A stretch of 64,000 nt of DNA from Vicugna vicugna (GCA_013265495.1 MU058065.1:2271003-2335002), one strand, 5' to 3'. Positions 39,211 to 58,919 are shown, numbered from the stretch's first letter. Program-made: numbers and translations. The notes: generated by a model not told the origin, from the letters alone.

Positions 39211-39997
39211 TGCGATGCTGTGATTGATAATGAGAAATGTATGTTTGGTCTTCATCCACGTTTCTGGCACAGAACTCTCCAAACCCTTGGAATTTCCTAA
39301 TAAGGAGCACAACAAAGGTGTCCTCTGTTATGTTAATGTGGTAACTTGCTGCTCCCAGGGATTGGGGCTGGTTGCCCAGAAAACCAACCAGGTAATTGGA
39401 GGGGTTGGAATGTTCATTCCCACCTCCCTGACCTCCAGGGAGAAGGGAGAGGATAGATGGCAAATCCATCTCCATTAGCCAGTGATTTGATCGATTATGC
39501 TTATGAGATGGAACCTCCGTGAAAACCCACAAGGACAATTGGGAGAGCTTCTGGGTTGGTGAATGGAGCACAAGATGGTGCAGGGAGAATGGTGTGTAGA
39601 TGGGGCGTGGCATCTCTGCACCGTTCCCGCATACCCTCCCCATTCATCTCTTCCATCTGCCTGTACCTGAGTTTCGTCCTTTTTATCAGAAACCAGTAAT
39701 CTAATCAATGTTCCTCTGCATTCTCTGAGCCGCTCTAGCAAATTAATCGAACCCAAGGAGGGGGTTGTGAGAACCTGACTTACAGCCAGTCGGTCAGAAG
39801 CACAGGTAATAACTTGGACTTGAGGTTGGCATCTGCAGTTTGGGGCAGACTGTGGGCCTGAGCCCTTCACCTGTGGAACCTGATGCTCTTTCCAGGTAGT
39901 GTCAGAACTGACTGGAACTGTAGGAAACCCAGCAAGTGGGTGTCCATGAATTGGTGGAATGGAGAAAAAACCCACACGCTGGAATTGAGTGTCAGAA
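39211..39997 (+). mobile_element. MER21-like solo LTR
   Basis: tgtgattgataatgagaaatgtatgtttggtcttc...tggcacagaactc...cccttggaatttcct start and ccagtcggtcagaagcacagg...aaaacccacac end. Confidence 0.7.
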
Positions 39998-41627
39998 TCT
40001 TTACTTGCTATATAGACATTTGAGCAAATGATTTCCATATAGATTGAATTTGGACAGGAGACAGGCTGCAATTGTCCTAAAATAACGAGATGGTAGACTT
40101 ATGGAAAAACTGAGGACAGCTGTCACCAGTAAATTCTTGACCCTTAATGAGACTCACTTCTGCCTGAGACACAACGGAAAAAAAAATAAAGAGTAGGCAC
40201 TGATCCAAATAAACTGAAAGCTCTGTGTCTTACTGGTTTTTGAGTCTTTGTCCTAAAAAGAAAATAATGACAGGTGACCCAAAAACAAAATGCCAATTGT
40301 AAGAGAACTTTACAAAAAGATGCAAGGGAGTGGCTTTTGTACCAGCACCTGTTTTTCTGAAAATAAAAAGCTGAATGACACAAGAGCTCCACATTAAGAG
40401 ATCTAAGAAACTGAAGGAAGGGCAGGAATTTGCTCTGAGCCAGCAGAGAACTGATGGGTGGTGACTGCCCAGGAGAGGTGAGGTATGGGTGAGCTGGTGG
40501 ATGACTTCTATGTCCTTGACCTCCATGAATGCTGAAAGACACTGTCCTACCAGGAGTCCACTTCGAGCAGCCAAAGCGTGGAAAATACCACTGGCTCTAG
40601 TTTCTTTCGAGATTCCCCAAACTGCCCCTTTGACCCTCTCCCAAACCTTGAGGAAAAAAGGATGCAGCTGTGTGATTTAAAGAAAATTGCTAACGAGAAA
40701 CCACTGCTCTATTCCACACCTTGGCATCAGAAATTAACCATTCATATGTGAAATTCTTAACATCCGAAGGGGAGAGAAGGTGAGCTAGCAGATGAGAGCT
40801 GTAAGGGGCTTAGAAAAGTCATGTTTCACTGTAATCATATGTAATCAATCTCTTCTGTGTAGGGAGAAGAGTGTTCCCCATAATGGCACGTTGCATACTT
40901 CACTGTGACGTATTGGGTTAGAGCACCATCTTGTGGCCAAAGTCTGTAACATGCTGAACACAAAAACCAGCCTCTAGTTTCTAATGAGGGAGACGTCTCG
41001 CTCATCACATCATGTTTCCTTGTTGTGGATGACATGCATAAGTGTGGCGTTAAACTACCGGGTTTGGTCCTGTTATTCTGTGTCGAATTATTAGGAGTTG
41101 GAGTTACTCTCAAAAGAAAAGGTGAAATCATTTACATTTAACCTACCTATTCAGCAAACTAGGTAATTCTCACACTCCTCCAAAAGCAGTCTCTGCATTA
41201 GCTGTCAGAGCTGTAAGCCCTCTTACATGCGACATTAAGTCTACTTCCCTAACCAGTCTCAGGAAAGGAGTTTCAAAGGTCTGTCATCGTCCTTTATAAA
41301 AACATTTCATGGCAAAAATACTGTCAGTTTAACATTTTACCTCTTTCTTATTCTCAAGTCCCAAGCCCCACTTTTCTTGTTCACCTCTGGGAGTGACTCC
41401 TGGCAGACTGAAACTATTACTGTTGCCACAAAGTTAAAAAGAAATAAATCAAAGGGAATTTGCAGTAAGATTACTGAATTGAACACAAAGGATTAAAGAC
41501 CCAGAAGGACACACTCTTAAGACTTGTCCTCTACTGAACCAAATGTTACAGCAAAGCACTCTTGACAGTGCTTGGTACGTGGTAGCTATGAGTATGATTA
41601 TGGAATACGAAATTGATAAATATATAC

Positions 41628-42119
41628 TTTATTTTTCCATCAGCATCATTTTAAGCTGCTTTTGATTTTCATGTTTTCTCTAAAGAGCATAAAATTTACC
41701 TTTCCTGAAATTTGTTTTATAGAAATTGAGTAACTATGAAATTAGTTAGCATACAGAATTGTAAGCCTAGACAGAATCTAGAGTTCATGTAACTTAACTG
41801 TTACAATCAGCACCTTACATTTCTCACAGTTGAGTTTACTTGACTATTTATCATTGTTAATAATAATAAATATTATTATTTAGCTATTTATTACTATTTT
41901 AGCTAAAATTACTAGAGAGGCAAAGTTCACTAACCTGGGTACATCAAATCAAGCTACAATGAAATAGTTAAAGAATAACCTTTTTATTGGTATTACAGCA
42001 AAGTTCACATAAAACATATATTCAAATTATGCTGCCTCCAAGCTAGAATGGAATAAAACACAACTAACTGTACAAGTTAAATACAATAATAAAATCAAGG
42101 ACTTTAGCTAAAATTTATT
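41628..42119 (-). terminator. Candidate MRPL44 polyadenylation signals
   Basis: Minus-strand AATAAA (TTTATT on +) at 42114-42119, 41983-41988, 41887-41892 and 41628-41633; which is used cannot be told from sequence. Confidence 0.5.
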
Positions 42120-42311
42120 GGAAAAGTATCAAAAAAGACTTTTGACAAAACAAAAATGATTAAAAAGAAAGCAAGTGACCTGATAAAATACTTGTTTAAT
42201 TTTAGGAACACAGGATGAGGAGTAAGGCGTATTTCTTTACAATTTAAAAAACGTCCAGCTTGGAACATCTCTGATGTCTGTGTCACTGCTTTGCTCACCC
42301 TCGCTGGCAGG

Positions 42312-49208
<6,897 letters not shown>

Positions 49209-50315
49209 TATGCCATTGCAGGGGAGAAAGCAATGCAGAGCGGAAGGAAAAAAGCCGGACCAGTGTCGCGGTAACACGGTTCCCCCCAAAATGCGGAAAC
49301 ACAGTTCTCCCAGGACGCGCAGAGCCGAGCGAGGCCGAGCGGAGCCCGAGCGCAGAGGCCGGTCGCCTGCGGCGGCTTTACTGCGCGTGGGCACGTCCTG
49401 GGTTTTTTTTGCCCACGTGGAAATTATTCGCCCGTGAACAAGGCTTGAGGAGCATTCCGAGCTAGAAATTTCTCTAAGAAGTTGTTTCAGTCTGTCAGTT
49501 ACTGTCCTGTTCCTTACTCTCGTTACGGTAAAAGACGTTTCACGGTAAAAACAAAACAAAACAAAACAAAACTTTAATCCTCGAAAAGAGAAAACACTTC
49601 TTAGTAACATGTATTTGGAGTTCCAGACCATCTATCCAAACACTCTTTGTAAGCAAATATTTACCTGGTACATCTCCAAAAGCCTTCTTTTCAGGAACCC
49701 TCGACTAAGAGGTGCTGACTTACCTCAAATTAAAATTTTTATTTGAAAACAATCTAACAGGAACCACTATTTTAAAAAAGAAAAAAAAAGGAAGGAAGAA
49801 AGAAAAGGGAATTAACATCAACATGGAAACAGTGAACTTATGTCATTTTTTCCTTTATCTTTCACTCTTTAGCAATGTGGTTGTATTATTTTTCTACTGA
49901 ATTATTAATATAATTTTAAATCTAATGCTAACTCACAAAGGAAGGCAGTCCAAATTCTCAATTTTGAGTTGTCTTCCAAACACCTAGACTTTCAAAGGGG
50001 CACCTCCTTCTGCATTCTCTCCACTTGTTAACGGCATTGTCAACCCCCGTAGTTACCCAGATTGGGCTCCTATGTCTTCAGTTGTTCCTGTTTCCACACA
50101 CTCTTTTGTCCAGTTGCCAAGTCCTTTTTCAATTTATTTCCACAGCAGCTACCCGATGGCGCGCCTACCTCTCCCCCTGGTGATCGTAATCAGCCTCCAT
50201 TGTAATCAGTCTTATACCTTCCTCTCTTCCCTGGACACGTCTCAGCTACATTCATCTCCCTGAAACACAGACCCAAGCACAGTTACTTAGCTCAAGAGTC
50301 TCCAACCTTAGGACC

Positions 50316-50815
50316 TGGCAAAGATTTTCTCGTTGACTGAACTTCAGTCAGGCTTCTCTAAGCCCTCTCCTCAAAGAGGTTTTGACCTTAAGAGAAGTCA
50401 GTGTCCACCCTTGTCAGGCCTGCATCACCAGGTTTCAGCAAGATCCTGTTAAGTCAGTTTAGAGACACTCCCCCATCCTTAATATCTGATCACCCTCTAT
50501 GATATCTAATCAAATTCATAATCCTTACTATCCTCCAGGGATAGTCGCCTGCCTTCTGCAAGAATTGTCAACTTAGTTTAGTCAGAATCCCCCATTACGT
50601 AATCCCTGATGTTTCATCTTAGTATTTTTCTACCCACTGACAGCCCCCTGCCCCAACCCAACTTCTTGGCTATAAATCCCCGTTTGTCCGCACTGTGTTA
50701 GGAGTTGAGCCCAGTTCTATGCTGGGGTCTCTTTTCCTCTGTTGTAATAGTTCCCAAATAAAATCTATTATTAACTACTATCCAGCTCTGCTTCTTTTTT
50801 TTTTTTTTTTTGACA
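50316..50815 (+). mobile_element. MER31-like ERV1 solo LTR
   Basis: TG...CA termini; internal repeated cagcaaga..ctgt..agtcagtttag..ccccc units; TATAAA at 50671; AATAAA at 50757. Confidence 0.7.
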
Positions 50816-52489
50816 GGTCAAACAACTTAAACAACTTAGCTTAATCCTTCAAGAGGAATAATTTGAATGGTTCATTCCAGCCTGTAAAAGTATTCCCCAT
50901 GGGGAGGGAGGGAAGAAGGGAGGTAGGAAGAAGGGGGTTTTGCACACATCACAAAACAAGCTGCTGAATTTCTGGATAAAGCAAATTCTTTAAAAAGAGG
51001 TGAGAGAGGATCATGTTCGCCTTTGTATTACACTGCGTGTGAAGTATTGAAAATTAATGGACTGTCAATCAAATAAATGAAACAGAAGAAAGCACAGGGA
51101 GCTGCTATTTCTGCAATATCCCTCTTATCGGGAGAAGTAATCTAATCTAGTTGGAGCACAATGTTAAGTGAAGTGTCTTTGTATTGAAAGTTTCTCAGTA
51201 ATACAATGAGAACATTGCTTGCATACCAGAAATGTTGGGTCTCAAGAGATTTCTTCTACTAATGTAACTCACTGAGCTCAGAAATTAACCAGGATTTTTA
51301 TTCACACATGCATTTGTTCATTTATTCAATAAACACATACTGAAAGGACTACTTGATTCCAGAACCCAGGCTCAGAAAACTTTAAGGAGAGAAGGACCCT
51401 TTTCCCCCCTCTTAAGAACTTGGTTTCACTTGAAACTGCTGTGATCCCTATTTTGATCAAAGATCACAAAATGTCAAGAACAGTGGGTCAAGGTGAGGTG
51501 GAAGAGTGGACAAAGTCACACTTAGGAAGAGAAGGTTAAGTGATGAGGGGTCACTTTAACCTCTGGAGAATACTTTAACCCTTTGTTGTTTTGACGTCAG
51601 GGATGTTATTTATATATTCCTTCAGTGGTGGTGCAGGCAGTTAGAACATGCGCACAGAAAGCTGAAGAATGAGGTTAGTAAGCTCTATAACGGGCTTCTG
51701 CTGGACAATGGGGCAATTCTGAACCAACAGAGGTTACCCACAAATATCTCCTAGATTAGCTAAGGAATAAGTACCAAATATTGGTCTTTAATCCTACCCC
51801 TAGGAAAAATTGAGGAAAGAAATAATTATCATCAAATAAAACTTACTACAGTTAAAATAGTCCAAAATTTAAAATTAGGTTTATTGATAAATACAGACAG
51901 AAAATCATGTCTTCTTCACCAAATTTAACATCTGCAAACTTTCGTTTTGGAAATTTGAGTTGGTAGATATAATGGCCAAAAACAAATAAACAGACAAACA
52001 AAAAAAAAAGAAGCAAAACTCATGATAGTAAAAAAAATGATTAGCAAAAAGCTTTGGTAAAACTGAGCAATAATAAAATCTTAATTATGAAATAAATGTG
52101 AAAAAGATTTTCTCTCTAGAAAGTGGACATTACCCAACCCTTTAACCTCTGTGGGTACAGATGCTTTTTCCTGTCAATAGAGATACTTTTGAGAAACAAG
52201 TTTGAGAAAGTCTGGGGAAGAGTGCCTCAAATGTAGCATCTCCACCATGAACCAATGTTTCTTGATGCATCAGCTAAACTGAGCAATGCTTGGATCTGAG
52301 TGAGAGAGGGGACCTATAATAAAAAAGGGAATGTTTTAAAGGGTGACTAAAAAGTAACCTTGTGAAGATGTAAGACCACTATAGTTAGAATCCTGAAACT
52401 TCAAAACCCACCTTTTTAAAATAAAATAAATCAAGTATTACAAAGTGGTTTGAACTTTTTGTAATCTGGTTGTTAGCCTGGCTATGGTG

Positions 52490-52920
52490 TCTGCTTGGTA
52501 AAACCCAGAGAACAGTATAAAAGAAGGCCTGGCAAGACTACTGGACAGGATCATCAAGTCTTTTCTCCATGGGATGAAACTGTATCTCCAATATTTTTTG
52601 GCAAAGCCTAAGGAGATGAAGCTTGTCCAAAACCAAGAAGTCACTGTAGAGTGCATTTTTATTTTACTCCATAGATTTAACATGTTTTGAACTGATAAAC
52701 ATTAATTAGTTATGTATAACAACATCTGCAGAAAGACGCTGATAAGTTTTTGAAGTATTTCCTCTTGATTAGAGTTAACTAGATCATAGCTATTAAAAGA
52801 ATAGCTAAGGATCTGGACACTGCATGTGAATAAGCTATTCTTTATGAGGTACCCATTTACATTGGTCATACTGTTGATACCCATTTTTTAATAATTCATT
52901 AGCTAAATATTACATTATGA
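52490..52920 (+). mobile_element. Possible ancient CR1/L3-type LINE reverse-transcriptase relic
   Basis: With one frameshift cctggcaagact-a-ctggacaggatcatcaag reads PGK(T)LDRIIK, resembling the CR1 PGKILEQIIK motif; weak downstream resemblance to later RT motifs. Confidence 0.35.
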
Positions 52921-53006
52921 TTTACTTCTATGACATCCTATTTCCAGTGAGTTCTACCATGTAGTCTTCATGATGCTGTTTGTTAAGTATCAGGATTGTA
53001 GTAATT

Positions 53007-53515
53007 GTACCAGTCAGGGTCCAATCAAGAAAATGGGACTCACACCTGATGGTTTAGTGGAGAGAATGTAATTCAAAGAACTAGTTACAAAGGTGTCAGA
53101 AGAAACCAAAAGGCCAAAGAGGGGCCGTGTGGTAACCTAGAGATAGCAACTTTAAGACTAGAAGGACAGAGCGGGGGATGGCACCAGAGCCCAGGAGTGG
53201 GGCTGGAATACCTGCAGAGACCACCTTTGGATAGCATACACAAAGCAGGGAAGTTACGTCCAGTGGGAACCCGAGCCAAAGAGGAGACACACCCCCTAAG
53301 CCGAGAGAAACTGGGAGAAGTACCCGGGTTTCTCATTTCCTCCTGCCCACTAATCACCCACCACTATGTCCCAGGAAACATGCAAATGTTTCAGGAAGCA
53401 AGTTGGCAAGGGAGTCTGGGAAATGCAGTTTGCAGAAGTCAACTTCCAGGAATAAAAAGTGTGCAGGGGCAGGGCAGAGGGCAAGTGAAACTGAAAGCAA
53501 ACAGTCAAATGACTA
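53007..53515. mobile_element. Ancient MaLR-like LTR relic
   Basis: tgtaccagtcagggtccaatcaagaaa... start and gttggcaagggagtctgggaaatgcagttt end region. Confidence 0.45.
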
Positions 53516-54759
53516 GTATGGTAACTACATTTAAAGTATCAGGGAAAGTCAAGGCCAAATTAGAATGCTGACCCATGAGCAAGCATGCTTTACTTGATGT
53601 AAAGTTTAAAACTTTTTGTTAAAAGAAATAATATTTCTTTATGTATTATCATCACCATTTCTATAATAAAACTATAAAATATCCCCTCAAGGAAGTCTAG
53701 CATAAGATATGGGTATCAATAGTCATAGAAGGTGATGGCAGGACAGATGTTCAGAGATGATCAGGTCTGAGGTAAGGAACCTGTGTTAACAATAATAGCT
53801 ACATACATAATCTCTGCCTTCTACATGTCACCGATAAAAGGTATTATGACTCCATATTAGAGACGTCAAATCGCTAAAGACACTAACTAGCTTGCCAAAC
53901 GTTTCTCTGCTAGTAAACAGCAAAGTTCTCTGACTCTAAAGGTCACATTCTTCATTGTTAGGCTACTTGGCTTGCCCAAGGTCACACAGCTGACAGCCAA
54001 CAGTAGATCATTATCAATAGACTCCACCTTCTGACTCAGCAGGACAGCTCAGAGATCAGCTCTCTGTGTGTGTACCTAGAGTCCCTCAGTTCTGAGAAAC
54101 CGTGTTAACAACCTTCTACTATTACCACTTGAACCCACCCCAATCAGGTTTTGCCTCTTCCACTCCAGGGAAACTTCCGGTCATTTTACTCGACTCCTCT
54201 GCAGCATTTGACATAGTTGGTCACTCCCTTCTCCTTAGAAAACACCTTTCTTTGTTGGGTTCATGACAACACACACACTGATTTCATTTCTTCCTGGCTT
54301 ATAGGGGCTCCTGTTGGAGGAAGTCATCAAGAGGGCATGATTGCTGTGGATCTAGCCAATCCAAGCTACTCACTTCCTTCCCTGTTGGGAATGTGTGTTC
54401 TGCCCATCGATCCCACAATGGGAGCTATTTCAAAGACTCAGCCTTGAGAGAGCAATATATTGTTGAGATCATTTGGACAGTGTAGGATGTAGAGATCTAC
54501 TTGTCTTGTGATCACCCAAGACAAGCCTCCTACGTAAGATCTTTTGCTTATTAAAACAGCCACCTTCCAATCTGGAAGGGTCTGCCTCTTTGATCTCTCC
54601 TTGCTTTCCTATGGGCTGGTTTCAAATTTTACCTGGGAACTCCCATGGGTGGAAAGTCCCAAAGGTATAAACCAATAGCTCTTTCTCAGTCTCCTTTCTG
54701 ATCCCTCCCTCTCTTGTAAACTTCTAAATGTTGGTGTTTCCAAGGACTCAGCCCTCCAC

Positions 54760-54923
54760 ATATCTGGAGAAAACTCTAACTCAAAAAGATACATGCACCC
54801 CAATGTTCATAGCAGCATTATTTACAATAGCCAAGACATGGAAGCAACCTAAGTGTCCATCAACAGACAATTGGATAAAGAAGGTGATATATATATATAA
54901 TGTGAGATAGCTATCTATGTAAC

Positions 54924-54959
<36 letters not shown>

Positions 54960-55497
54960 ATGGAATATTACTCAGTGATGAAAAGAATGAAATAATGCCA
55001 TTTGCAGCAACATGGATGGACCTAAAGATTATCATATTATGTGAAGTTAGTCAGATAGAGAAAGACAAATATCAAATATCACTTATATGTGGAATCTTAA
55101 AAAAATGATACAAATGAACTTATTTACAAACCAGAAACAAACTCAGAGATTGAAAACAAATTTATGGTTACCAAAGGGGAAAGAGGGGGTCCGGGGGAGG
55201 AATTAGGAGTTTGAGATTAGTATATGCACACTACTGTTTATAAACTAGATAAACAAGGACCCACTGTATAGCACAGTGGACTGTATTTAATATCTTGTAA
55301 TAACCTATAATGGAAAAGAATCTGAAAAAGAATATATATAACTGAATCGGCACATAGTAGGTGTACAGTTTGTGGAAGAGATGAATAAATACATATATAT
55401 ATATATAACTGAATTACTTTGCTGTACACCTAAAACTAACACAACATTGTAAATCAACTATACTACAATAAAAAATTTTAATAAAATAAAATAAAAT
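54760..55497 (+). mobile_element. L1 3' end (ORF2 C-terminus + 3'UTR + A-rich tail) with internal (CA)n
   Basis: YLEKTLTQKDTCTPMFIAALFTIAKTWKQPKCPSTDNWIKK; ends aaatcaactatactacaataaaaaa and (TAAAA)n. Confidence 0.9.
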
Positions 55498-55519
55498 TGA
55501 AAGCAAATTAAGCCAGTCT

Positions 55520-56610
55520 TCAGCTCAAAACCCTCCAATGGCTTCTCATCTCACTTAAAGTAAAAATCAAAGTCTGTACTGTGGCTTCAGGGCTCAACAT
55601 GGTCTGTCTGGTGACCCCACTGTCCTCATCTCTGGCTACATCCTTCATTCACTCTGCTCCAGACTTATTGTCATCATCATTATTATGATGGCTGCCTTCC
55701 ATTCCTAGAAAACCCCAGGCATGTGCTCACCTCAGGGCCTTAGCACTTGCTGTTCCCTTTTCTAAGAGGCATTTCTCCCACATTTCCACACTGCTTACTC
55801 CCTCCTCTCCTTGGCTCAAATGTCCCTTTCTTAATGAGGCCTTCCCTGGCCACCTGTCTCAAGGTGCATTCTTAGGAGACAGAAATTGGCACACAGGGTA
55901 TTTATTGGGGGTTGTTAGCTGTGAAGGGAGGGAGATGTAATTAGGCAGGAGGATTCCACTACAACACAGGCCTGACAAAGCCTAAGCCAATCAAGGAGAG
56001 AGTTCTGGAGCTGGTATAGCTCAGCCGTGGGGCCTGTATCAGGTTGAAACAGCCTGGCCTTCGTATGCCTGTCTCCTTCAGTTATTGAATTTGGGCTGCT
56101 GTGTGGTGAAGGGTATCTCTGGACCACCGTGGTTCCCTACAACTGAGGCAGACTCTGAAGGAGACAAGAGCTAGGCCCTGTCTGCTGACAGCCGTCCTTC
56201 CATGAAGGCAGACTGCAGTGAATCTTCGATCTGCTAAACCCTCCTGCTTAAAACTGCAGCCCCTTCTATGGTCCCTATCACCCTTCCCAGCTTTAATGTC
56301 TCTATAGCATTTAACATCTTTTAATATATTATGTAATTCCCTCATTTATTTTATTTATTATTTGGTTCCGTCTCTGGAATATAAGTTCTAATGGTTGAGT
56401 GACTTCTGTCTCTCTTGAGCATGGCTGCATCTGGAGTAGCACTGGGCTCATAGCAGGCACTTGATGAATATTTGCTGTTTGAAGAAAATTGTTCAAGAGT
56501 TTATCTAGCCTTTCTACTGTGCGAGCCTTGTAGGGAGCATGTCTTCTTTCTCTCATCAGCGTATGGCACATAGCAGGTGTACAGTTTGTGGAAGAGATGA
56601 ATAAATATAT
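55520..56610 (+). mobile_element. L2 3' relics interrupted by an ERVL-class LTR relic (about 55865-56215)
   Basis: ctcaaaaccctccaatggcttctcatctcact...ctcagggcctttagcacttgctgttccc; L2 ends catagcaggcacttgatgaatatttg and ggcacatagcagg...gaataaat. Confidence 0.55.
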
Positions 56611-56654
56611 CTGTGAATAGATATTATTAACTTCATCATAAGAAAGTAGTAGTA

Positions 56655-56950
56655 CAGCCCTGTTCAATAGAAATACCATGTGAGCCACATTATGTAATTT
56701 AAAATTTATTGGTCATATTAAACATAAGAGGAATCAGACAAAATTAATTTTAATCTTATTTAATTCAATACATCTACATTGTATCATTTCAACATAATCA
56801 ATATAAAAATTATTAGGGTAGTAACTTACCTACTTTTTGTTCTGTATTAACTCTTTAAAATCTGGTGTGTATTTCGCACTCACACCACATTTCAATTTGG
56901 AATGGTCACATTTCAAGTGCTGGATACCCACGTGGGCAGTACAGCTGTAG
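56655..56950. mobile_element. MER33-like relic
   Basis: cagccctgttcaatagaaata...tgagccacat..tgtaatttaaaatt...cacatttcaagtgct. Confidence 0.6.
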
Positions 56951-57475
56951 TACAATTCTGCAATTCAGCACTCAGAATAGGATAGAGTGTGGGAGGGTGT
57001 GGGTTGGAGGGAGGTCTCTGGAGTCAATGACTTTTTGGGTCCCGTTCATGACCCTTCAACTTACTAGCTGTTGGTATTCTCTAGCCAAAAGCCACCGGGA
57101 ACACACATGTAGTGGAATGTGTGTTGACTTGATTGTTAGTTGGAGGAAGAGAGCATATCCTGGGAATCCTGGGGAGTCAGTGATAAAAAGAACTTACAGG
57201 ATTTAGGTTTCTGCAAGGTAATTTTGGGAAGGGTTTGAGAAGAAAGGGCTTCCATCTGGACTGGATGCCATCAGGGTAATCCTATGATTAGGTGTCTTAG
57301 TAAGTCTTTGTCTAGGTGCAAGAAGAGGCTAAAGGTATAATTGGTAAAGAAACAAGAATCATTCACACTAGCCAGAATGGTGGTGGTGGTGGGGGTCTAT
57401 CAATTTTGAGGTTTGGCTATCATTTTCATGTTTTGGTTGTGTTTAGGGACTGTGTATGAAGTGGCTTTATTTATG

Positions 57476-58230
57476 TGTATGAAATCCAGTCCCCCTAAAT
57501 CTGAGTTCCCCTGCCAGGTTTATGATCAACCTCTCTACCCAAGACTTTATTCCCTTTCTTGTCCCACCCCTGGTCCCCTCAGGATTGAGGAGTATTAAAG
57601 AAAAGCGTGGGTTGAAACCAAGCAGGACAAAGAAGACTTTCTGTGTCCCCCGTTTCTTGTTTGCAGAGAAGGCTTTAGTCCCCTAGTACTTCCCTGAGTT
57701 CTAAAGAACAGACTCAGTTACTAATTATGGAATTGAGGGAACACAGAAACAAAGGAAAAGTAGTCAAGCAAGAAAAGTAATGACAGCTTAAACAACAGTT
57801 TAGCGATTGTTAAACTAAGGGATAGACACAACAATCTGATGCATATCTTTGAGTTGTTTTGCAGAAACTGAGACATTCCCCCCACACCCACCCAGGTGGA
57901 GGACAGTGAATACAGAGGGACTAAAACTGGTGAACCCCAAACTCAGTGGAACCAGATGGTGGATGATTAAGATTCCAAAACATAACTTGTTACTTCATCA
58001 CCAACCAATCAGAAGAAAGACTGTGTGCAGCAACCCTCATCCCAAATGTTACTTTTAAAAACCCTTCCCTGAAAGCCATCAGGGAGTTTGGGTCTTTTGA
58101 ACACAAGCTGCCCATTCTCCTTGCTTGATCCCCTGCAAATAAACGCTGTACTTTCCTTCGTCATAACTGGGTGTCAGTAGACTGGCTTTGCTATGCTGTC
58201 TGCTGCCAGACCCAAATTCAGTTCAGCAAT
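57476..58230 (+). mobile_element. ERV1-like solo LTR upstream of WDFY1
   Basis: TG start; CCAAT at 58005, TTTAAAA at 58054, AATAAA at 58138 followed by U5-like cgctgtactttccttc...tgtcagtagactggc; boundaries approximate. Confidence 0.6.
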
Positions 58231-58919
58231 GTAAGTAAATTATGCTCCACAGGAACCAGCTGTGACCACCCAGCCAGCTCTTTTCAACATCCAACTCTGG
58301 CTGACACTAGGTCAAGGGCTGCTTTTCTCTTTCTCATAGCTATGTGACCTCAAGCAAGTAATTTAACTTCTCCATGGTTCAGTTTCCTCATCTCCAAAAT
58401 GAGACTACAAGAGCATATATCTCTTGATCTCTTAAGGTTATCAGTAGTGAGATAATTCACGTTAAAAAAAAAACCTGTGACAGTGACTGATATATAGTCA
58501 CCACTCAGTGAGTGTCTTTCAAAGATTCTAAATTGCACTCTATTTTTTCACACTTTAAAACGTCTGAAATGGGCAGCGATGAAGTCCAAAACCTTAGAAT
58601 AGATACAATTTAGTAGTAGTATTTTCAGAAGGCTCTGATTTGGGGGACAGTTCCTCTTCACCGCCAACTGCTCGATTCATTCCCGCGGGAATGACTTTTC
58701 TTTTCAACCTTTGAAACTTTCTCCACTTCTGGGGCGAGGCCTGACAGGCCTCTTTCTGGCACGTAATTTTAGATGCGCGGCTTCCTTAGCCAATACGGGC
58801 TGCGGCGGCAGCACTCGAGAACTTACGGCGGCGCGGCACCCACGCGGCCCCGGAGCCAAAGCCAAACCGAAGCGTCCCCGCCCGCCCGGCCGTCAGCTGA
58901 TGGGCCGCCCGCCGAGGAG

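Noticed and set aside
39155..40071. 162-aa and 198-aa minus-strand ORFs
   Set aside because: Fall inside the MER21-like LTR; no gag/pol/env motifs or splice structure.
41855..41912. AT-rich near-palindromes downstream of MRPL44
   Set aside because: Low-complexity AT sequence where such symmetry is expected by chance.
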